Made by a program: the position numbers and the translations under genes | The notes under the pieces: generated by a model | What the model was told of the DNA's origin: nothing | Seen by the model: only the letters and a program-made list of their open reading frames with translations | Database searches by the model: none | Shown here: one piece after another, positions 35,232 to 41,475 of the stretch | How positions within the stretch are numbered: position 1 is the stretch's first letter | How the letters are laid out: each line of letters opens with the position of its first letter | Source: a virus | Lineage: Duplodnaviria; Caudoviricetes | Reading direction: 5' to 3' (one strand) | IMG/VR virus record: IMGVR_UViG_3300036904_000029 | Coordinates: 1-41,475 of that record | DNA: 41,475 nucleotides

Positions 35232-35449
35232 GGCCCGCTGAAATCCCGTTCACCGTTTTAGCGCTGGCAAGGGCATCAGGTGGATGGAGCAGGCTGGAAA
35301 TCGCTTGGGAAATTCCCGTATGGGAATTGAACCAGTACCATTTCGCCGCGCTATACATCGAAGGCGTTAATTGTTCCCTGAAATGCGAGGTTGATTTGAG
35401 GGAAAGGAAATGGCAGGATTTGACCGCTGCTTACAACGTCAAAAAATGA
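35222..35449 (+). CDS. -1 frameshift extension (gpGT-like)
   Basis: Open -1 frame GKIRPAEIPFTVLALARASGGWSRLEIAWEIP...YNVKK*, with no ATG of its own. Confidence 0.7.
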   Translation, partial: GKIRPAEIPFTVLALARASGGWSRLEIAWEIPVWELNQYHFAALYIEGVNCSLKCEVDLRERKWQDLTAAYNVKK

Positions 35450-36036
35450 AAGATTCATTTTCCATCAACAGTCCGATTCAAAGGTTTTCGGAAGCGTTCA
35501 AGATTTACACGGAATACAACAAACGGGATTTTACGGAACTCTTCGTGAGAAAGTCACGATCCTTGGCAATCAGCATTTACATGGAAACGCCGAAGGTGGA
35601 AAGCATGGGAGTGATCGAAACGGCGCTTTCGGGACTTGGATGGAAAGTAAAAAGAAAGCTTTCCGTGGCGCAAAAAAGGGCGATTGGAAAACTTAAGGGA
35701 AACGAAGCGTTGCAGGCCATGCACGCCATTGTTGCCAAGATACGCTATGCACACCGCCAATACGTTGCGGCGGGCTGGCTCCCGGCGGCGCGGGCGCTAG
35801 GGGCGGCATTGGAGCATGTTCGCGAAGTCAAAGGGGCAACCGGGAGCGTGGAAATCCAATATCAGGGAAGCAACCCTTCCGTGGCATACATCAACACAAC
35901 CAACGGAATCGCAACCTTGGAAGAAAGGCACAACATCAGCGGCGCGGCATTCGACCGGGAAACCGCCGACATTTGGGAATACATCCAAAGAAAACTTCGC
36001 GAAAACGCAACAATCTTCAACCCTTCCGGCGCGTAA
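35446..36036 (+). CDS. Putative neck/tail completion protein
   Basis: ATGA-coupled; basic; AAGW motif. Confidence 0.5.
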   Translation: MKDSFSINSPIQRFSEAFKIYTEYNKRDFTELFVRKSRSLAISIYMETPKVESMGVIETALSGLGWKVKRKLSVAQKRAIGKLKGNEALQAMHAIVAKIRYAHRQYVAAGWLPAARALGAALEHVREVKGATGSVEIQYQGSNPSVAYINTTNGIATLEERHNISGAAFDRETADIWEYIQRKLRENATIFNPSGA

Positions 36037-36038
36037 AA

Positions 36039-36054
36039 GTTTCGTCAACGCAAC
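36039..36054. repeat. 16-bp palindromic motif, copy 8 (intergenic)
   Basis: aaaGTTTCGTCAACGCAACttt. Confidence 0.9.
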
Positions 36055-36065
36055 TTTGAAATAAA

Positions 36066-37919
36066 ATGGCAACCAAAGAGGAAAGATTAAAGCTGATATT
36101 TGAAGGCGATTCTTCGAGCATGGAAGGCGCGCACCGGAAGGTTTCCGCCGGGTTTGAAAACATGGTTGAAGGGGAGAGGAAGGTAAAGCGGGCATTGTCG
36201 GAACTGACAAAAGACTTCATCGAAGCCAAAAATGGCGGGGACGTTCTGGCGGCTTCCATGTTCCGGCTTTCGGAAACCTTCAAAGTTGGCGGAGCGGCGG
36301 CGATCAGCGTTGCCGTGGCATACGCCGGATTTCAAAAAATGCGGGAGATTGCCAAGCAGTTGACCGATGAAAATGACAAGCTTTATGACAGTTACGTGAA
36401 GCTTTCGACAGCCTCCGCGTTTAGCACAAGCGCAACCGGCGGCAGCGGAATCGGATCACAGATTGAACAGCGGCACGCGGCGATGGACGCGATCAAAAAA
36501 CAGTTGGATGAAATGGACGGCAACGGGTGGAATGATCCATTGAGTCTTTTCAAAAAAGGAATGGCGCGTTTCGGAATGGCCGTGCAAACGGGCGACTATA
36601 ACGCCTCATTCCAAGCAGAGAGCACGCTTCGGCAGCAAGCCGCCTTGTACGGAAAGATGGAAGCGAAAGACAAGGGAAAATTTGTCGGCGCTTTAAGGGA
36701 TGAACTTTCGGTACAGCAAAAAGTAAATGAGGGCGATTCATTGGGCGCAAAGCTTCTGCAAATCAAATTGGACAGAATGCGCGAACTTGCGGAAATGGGG
36801 AAAGTATTAGGACACGAAAACAGCGATCCGATTATCAACCGCAAATTCGACGCGCAAAAGGAAGCGGCGGAATATGACGCGAAGATACAGCGGCAAAACG
36901 TAGCCGTCGCAATATCAATAGCCCGGCTTCGCGGAAGCGCCGACGACGAACAGGAACAATCCTTGCGCTTGCAGCTAAACCTTGCCCGGCAAATCGAAAT
37001 GGAAGCGAGAAGGGCGGGAATGTCGGCGGAAAAAATAAACGAGCTTGCCAAGAATACAGCCGAAAAGGAAAAGGCTTCCCGTGATTTCACCCGCGCACGG
37101 CTCGGAAGGGACATAGACACCGCCGGGGGAGTGGATCAATCCGCAATGAGGGCGGACGCGGCGGCGGCGCGGGCCGGGGCATACGCAAACCCGGAAGCGC
37201 AAACCCGGATCGAATTGGACGCACAGGAAAGGATTCTGGAAAACCAGTTGGAAAAAATCCGCGAAAAACGAAACTTGGATCAAACCAACAAGCAACTTGC
37301 CGCCGAAGAAAGGCAAATCTTGGATCAAATTAGCATGGTTGAAAGCCAGCGATGGGAGACTGCGCAAAAAATCGCAATGGCGCGCGAAAAGGAAATCCGG
37401 GAGATTCAAACCGAAAACAGCGCGTTAAAACTGCAAATGGCGGGATACGGATACCTTGCGGAACTGGCAAAAATGCACGCGGACGCACAGGAAAGAATCC
37501 GCGATGCCATGCACGTTGGAAACACGGACTTGGCACAGCAGATAGCATTGCAGGAACAGTTGAACGCAAAAAAACTTTGGGAGGAACATTTTCATCACGC
37601 GCGGACGCAAACACAGGTCAACCGGCAGCTTCGCATAGACAGGATCGTTGCGCGGCAGCGCGAGCGCGAGAATCGAATGTACGATCGAAGCGGGGGTTGG
37701 GCGGCAGTTCCCGGCGCGGCGGCAATTATTGGATCAACCAATTCCACAACCGCCGACATTTACAGAATGAATCGCAATGATACCGAAAAACTAAAGCGCG
37801 AAAACAGCGCAACAACGCACACCGCTGCAATTCAAAGGGTTTTGGAAGATAGCAACAAGGCATTATCGGAAGCGAACAACTATCTGAAAACGATTGCCGA
37901 AAAAGAGGGAGTGGAATAA
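36066..37919 (+). CDS. Tape measure protein
   Basis: 617-aa helical Ala/Glu/Gln-rich protein downstream of the chaperones. Confidence 0.75.
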   Translation: MATKEERLKLIFEGDSSSMEGAHRKVSAGFENMVEGERKVKRALSELTKDFIEAKNGGDVLAASMFRLSETFKVGGAAAISVAVAYAGFQKMREIAKQLTDENDKLYDSYVKLSTASAFSTSATGGSGIGSQIEQRHAAMDAIKKQLDEMDGNGWNDPLSLFKKGMARFGMAVQTGDYNASFQAESTLRQQAALYGKMEAKDKGKFVGALRDELSVQQKVNEGDSLGAKLLQIKLDRMRELAEMGKVLGHENSDPIINRKFDAQKEAAEYDAKIQRQNVAVAISIARLRGSADDEQEQSLRLQLNLARQIEMEARRAGMSAEKINELAKNTAEKEKASRDFTRARLGRDIDTAGGVDQSAMRADAAAARAGAYANPEAQTRIELDAQERILENQLEKIREKRNLDQTNKQLAAEERQILDQISMVESQRWETAQKIAMAREKEIREIQTENSALKLQMAGYGYLAELAKMHADAQERIRDAMHVGNTDLAQQIALQEQLNAKKLWEEHFHHARTQTQVNRQLRIDRIVARQRERENRMYDRSGGWAAVPGAAAIIGSTNSTTADIYRMNRNDTEKLKRENSATTHTAAIQRVLEDSNKALSEANNYLKTIAEKEGVE

Positions 37920-37926
37920 AAAATAA

Positions 37927-38643
37927 ATGAGCGTTGCAGATGGATCAATCTTGATTGGCGGGAACATCCGCAATGTTCTCATTCCGCAAACGTCAAGCGC
38001 GGACTTGACGCGGGACTTGTTTGGATTCGACGTTTTGGAACGTCCGTACAAAGCCTATAAAAAAGATTGGGAGGCAATCATTGCTGGCTACCCGGTAAAC
38101 ATGCCTGACAAGGAATTTCCGGGGCTGACATTTGCGGGATACAAAGTTTCCGGCGGGAAAGTGATGACGGACTTGACGCTGATTTTCAAAGGGCTGAAAA
38201 CCGGAAAGCCGCCCGATCCGATCCCAACGGCAGGCATAAGCCTTCAAAGCGCATCCCTTCCAACAACGCACGTCAACGATGCCGGGGACGGTTATGACAC
38301 GATTCAAGCATCGTATTTCTCCCCGGAAACAACATGGCGATGGATCACGTCGCAAGCATACCCGCAACCGATTGCAAGCGTCCTTTACCCGGCTGGATTT
38401 TCAATGGTTCCATTCAACATCGTCCCGGCATACAACGATGGAAGTTATCCCGTTTATCAATATCAGGTGCAAATCAGCGGCTACAAATCCGAACTTGTCG
38501 GAAGTTGGTGGCAGAATGAATGCACGGCATCCGTGATAATCGTTCCCGGACAGCAGCCAATCGACGGCAACCCGCCGCCGGGCAGCTTTTCAATCCAACT
38601 TAACGATCCGTTAAACGCGGGCGGACTTGGATCCGCGTTTTAA
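37927..38643 (+). CDS. Tail tip/distal tail protein candidate
   Basis: Position after the tape measure gene. Confidence 0.5.
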   Translation: MSVADGSILIGGNIRNVLIPQTSSADLTRDLFGFDVLERPYKAYKKDWEAIIAGYPVNMPDKEFPGLTFAGYKVSGGKVMTDLTLIFKGLKTGKPPDPIPTAGISLQSASLPTTHVNDAGDGYDTIQASYFSPETTWRWITSQAYPQPIASVLYPAGFSMVPFNIVPAYNDGSYPVYQYQVQISGYKSELVGSWWQNECTASVIIVPGQQPIDGNPPPGSFSIQLNDPLNAGGLGSAF

Positions 38644-39212
38644 TGTTTAAGATACCGGATTTTTTCAAAGGCGGTTCAACGAAACTGCGTGAAAAACTAA
38701 ACGCATGGATGCGCTTTTTCATAAGCGAACGGCGGTTTGCGGACAACGTGACAATTCGGGAGACAAGCAGCGCGCACGGGAAGATGCTTACGGCAATTGC
38801 GCTTGCGGCCACGGCAAATCCAATAAAGCAATTGGAGGTAATCGGCGGCGGAAACTATACCGCAACCGTGGCGGCGGGATTCGTAAACGGCTTGGCGGTA
38901 AACATTGTTTCGCCTTCCAAAATCGGCACGCAAGTTACGGTAAGTAACGGGGACTATGTTTACATAAGCATAACCATGCACTACGGCAGCGAGGACAACA
39001 GTTGGAGTGACGATTCCATTGCCGTGCTCGCTGGATCGAGCATTCCTGCGGCTGACGACACAAGCATTTGCATCGCGCTCGCGCAAGTCGCGGTTAGCAC
39101 AAACGGAACCGTTACCCTTCCAAGCGGCGGCGGCGGCGGAAGCAAATGGCATCAGCGTTGCGGAACCGGAACGGTTTACGGCGACAATGTTTGGTTGCAA
39201 AGCGTGAGTTGA
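38643..39212 (+). CDS. Tail protein candidate
   Basis: Coupled ORF, beta-rich. Confidence 0.5.
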   Translation: MFKIPDFFKGGSTKLREKLNAWMRFFISERRFADNVTIRETSSAHGKMLTAIALAATANPIKQLEVIGGGNYTATVAAGFVNGLAVNIVSPSKIGTQVTVSNGDYVYISITMHYGSEDNSWSDDSIAVLAGSSIPAADDTSICIALAQVAVSTNGTVTLPSGGGGGSKWHQRCGTGTVYGDNVWLQSVS

Positions 39213-39215
39213 GCA

Positions 39216-40031
39216 ATGACGCTTCAAGACGTAACACCGAACTTAAACAACTGCGTAGATGCTGTGTACTACGAAGGCACGCAGTTTGGCAGTTACTGCA
39301 ATCTGTTTGATGCCGGGGATCAGTGTCCATTAAGCGACATTACTGTTACCCTAAATTTGGACATCGTGGTTAGCCAATTTTGCCCGTGCTTTGGCGGCGA
39401 CGGCGAGAGCGTGGTTAATGAATGGAACCTTTCGGCAAGCGCAACCGTGACATACAACCGCGTTCCGTATAACGGCGATCCGTCAAATTATGCGGACAAC
39501 GAATTTTCGATTGTGCGCCAGTGTTGCGGCGGACAGCTTCAATTCGCAAGCAATGCATTACTTGATGGTTCGCTGCCGATTTTTGCGCCGTCGCCAATTC
39601 CAAAGTTTACAGCAACAGGCAGCGTTCCGTTTGATTCCAGTAACAGCATTGCTGCAACCGATCAAGCAATTTGCGGGGTTGTTGATGCAACTTGCACAAA
39701 AAATAACACGGCAAATCCGGGACTAATTTTCACGGGAAGTGGAGGCGGAGTAGGCGGATATAATGGAGTCATATTGAGGGCGGATTTCAACTCACTAATC
39801 CCGGACATCTGCGCGGACATCACCAACGGAGGAAGCGGAATTGACTATTCGCAAATGCTAGTTCAATACACCGATCCGTTTGACGTAACACCCGAAACAT
39901 TGGAAGAATACACAAACCCAATTACCATGAATGTGACAGTTTCAAATCCGCAAACATGCCCGCCGCCAAGCCCGGCAAGCCAGTGCTGTTTCACCAGTTT
40001 TACGGCAAGCGGAACAATCACAATCAATTAA
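39216..40031 (+). CDS. Cys-rich acidic tail-region protein
   Basis: Numerous Cys including CC pairs; very few Lys/Arg. Confidence 0.6.
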   Translation: MTLQDVTPNLNNCVDAVYYEGTQFGSYCNLFDAGDQCPLSDITVTLNLDIVVSQFCPCFGGDGESVVNEWNLSASATVTYNRVPYNGDPSNYADNEFSIVRQCCGGQLQFASNALLDGSLPIFAPSPIPKFTATGSVPFDSSNSIAATDQAICGVVDATCTKNNTANPGLIFTGSGGGVGGYNGVILRADFNSLIPDICADITNGGSGIDYSQMLVQYTDPFDVTPETLEEYTNPITMNVTVSNPQTCPPPSPASQCCFTSFTASGTITIN

Positions 40032-40032
40032 A

Positions 40033-40221
40033 ATGGCAGTCCACATCAGAAAGTTTTTCAAAAACGGCGTGCTGGAAAGCGAAACAAAAATCCCGGTTGT
40101 CACACCGGAAGAAAGAGAGCGGTTGGAAAAGGAATATGACCGCACGCATCCGCCCGGCATTGAGAGGGTTTCCGGTTGCTGCGATTCGCCCGCAAACTAT
40201 CCGCCGCAAAATCCGCCTTGA
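40033..40221 (+). CDS. Small hypothetical protein
   Basis: Packed ORF; SGCCD motif. Confidence 0.5.
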   Translation: MAVHIRKFFKNGVLESETKIPVVTPEERERLEKEYDRTHPPGIERVSGCCDSPANYPPQNPP

Positions 40222-40252
40222 CCTAACGCAAAACCCAAACCAACATTTCTTC

Positions 40253-40477
40253 ATGGCTGATTTCATTGTTGAAGAAATTAAAACTATCACCACGCGATTT
40301 CGCATCACAGGCGCGGCGGATTCAACGGCGGCGGTTATCGCCACGGGCGGTGCAAAGCCGGATGCCGAACCTGTGACAAAATCGACGTTTTCAACACAAC
40401 CGATTCCACCGGCCCCGGCATCAAAAAACACAACGCCGACAAAGCAGGGGGTTGCGTCAACGCAACCGGCGGCATAA
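40253..40477 (+). CDS. Small hypothetical protein
   Basis: MADFIVEEIK start after an A/C-rich leader. Confidence 0.55.
   Translation: MADFIVEEIKTITTRFRITGAADSTAAVIATGGAKPDAEPVTKSTFSTQPIPPAPASKNTTPTKQGVASTQPAA
40451..40466. repeat. 16-bp palindromic motif, copy 9
   Basis: GTTGCGTCAACGCAAC. Confidence 0.9.
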
Positions 40478-40525
40478 GTTTTTCAGGCTTTACAAAACCG
40501 TTTGCGGCGATAGTATTTCCCTGAA

Positions 40526-41475
40526 ATGCTGACCGGCCAACTGATTTTTGACATAACCGCACCGTTGCGGGACGGGCTGCTAACCGATTTTGCAAGCCAG
40601 CAAACAACCCGGTTCTCGGAATTTATAAGACAAGAAGGGCTTAACCGTAGCATAAGGCTTGTCCAGCCTTCCGCCGCCGCCACAAGGATTTGGGATGACA
40701 TAGACCTAACCGGGGCATACTTGGCGCTGGCAATAGGTCTATCCGATCAACCGCCGTTAACCGGAACATTCCCGCTAACCTATGCGGCGGACGGTACAGG
40801 GTTAGGTGCGTTGGCATACAACGTAAGCGCGGCAACCTTGCAGGCGGCATTGAACGCAAATCCAACGATAGCCGCAATTCCCGATACGGTTGTTGTCACG
40901 CAAAACGGGCAAAACTACATCATCCAATTTCAAGCGGTTGGCGTGCGCTCATTGATTGCGACGGCGGCAAACTCATTGGAACCGGAAAGCTCCGTAACCA
41001 TTTCACGGGTTGAGACTGGCGGCGCGGCAACAAAGGAAGTGCAAGTCATGCGCGTTGTCCAAAAACCTTACGCGATGAATGACGTTTGGACGGGACTCCC
41101 TGTTGCGGCGGCAGTCATCACGCAACTCCAAGTCGGCGATGCAGGGAACCCTTCGATTCAGCGTGTCACTTTTTCACCGTCGCCTTACGACGGAACTTGG
41201 TTTGTCACCGGCGGAATCAGTACGCCGATTCCCTACAACGCAACGGGAACAACCGCCAGCAACGCAACTACCGGATGGACGGTTGTAAGGAGCGGAAACT
41301 TTTCTTGGGATTTTACGAACAACGCAAACGGCGCACAGGCGGCATTGGTTGTGGATGTCAGCGGCCTGTCCGTCCCGCTGGGCGTCCAAGGATCATTAAA
41401 CCTAAACACGTTTGGAATGTATGACGCATTCGCGAACGCGGACACCGATCCCATAGAGTTGACGCTGGAATTGTT
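40526..41475 (+). CDS. Tail/baseplate-associated protein, N-terminal part; continues across the junction to 374 (about 398 aa in total)
   Basis: ATG at 40526 is in frame with position 41351 (= position 3); contains GTFPLTY...LAYNVSAATLQAALNA, a motif typical of tail proteins. Missing from the ORF track because it runs off the end. Confidence 0.75.
   Translation, partial: MLTGQLIFDITAPLRDGLLTDFASQQTTRFSEFIRQEGLNRSIRLVQPSAAATRIWDDIDLTGAYLALAIGLSDQPPLTGTFPLTYAADGTGLGALAYNVSAATLQAALNANPTIAAIPDTVVVTQNGQNYIIQFQAVGVRSLIATAANSLEPESSVTISRVETGGAATKEVQVMRVVQKPYAMNDVWTGLPVAAAVITQLQVGDAGNPSIQRVTFSPSPYDGTWFVTGGISTPIPYNATGTTASNATTGWTVVRSGNFSWDFTNNANGAQAALVVDVSGLSVPLGVQGSLNLNTFGMYDAFANADTDPIELTLEL
41349..41475. 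repeat. Terminal direct repeat (second copy)
   Basis: Identical to 1-127. Confidence 0.95.

Noticed and set aside
5307-40466. 16-bp motif as canonical parS, LexA box or mere peptide repeat
   Set aside because: Differs from TGTTTCACGTGAAACA and the SOS boxes I know; occurs intergenically and in two reading frames

Overview
This is a complete, circularly assembled tailed-phage genome of about 41,348 bp; the first 127 nt are repeated at 41349-41475. It has lambda-like siphovirus head genes and essentially all genes on the + strand. Gene order: tail fibre/lysis (1-5016); recombination, thyX, nuclease, a small GC-rich cassette array, replication initiator with internal iterons and DnaB helicase (5.1-15.4 kb); a Ycf46-like AAA/DUF1257/DUF2997/DUF3150-like module and regulators (15.7-21.9 kb); terminase, methyltransferase, portal, head and tail genes (22-41.3 kb). 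No integrase, ParA, tRNA or CRISPR was recognised. Main unusual observations: (1) three integron attC-like hairpins delimiting gene cassettes, inverted relative to the genes, with no integrase in the genome; (2) a portal protein fused to an intact-looking type IB topoisomerase, followed by a tiny acidic protein; (3) nine dispersed copies of a 16-bp palindrome GTT(G/T)CGT-NN-ACGCAAC plus an LmbU/ParB-HTH-like protein; (4) an AAA+ ATPase whose Walker B segment precedes its Walker A segment; (5) Sec-type signal peptides on fibre/virion-region proteins. All family calls are motif recognition by eye, not database results.
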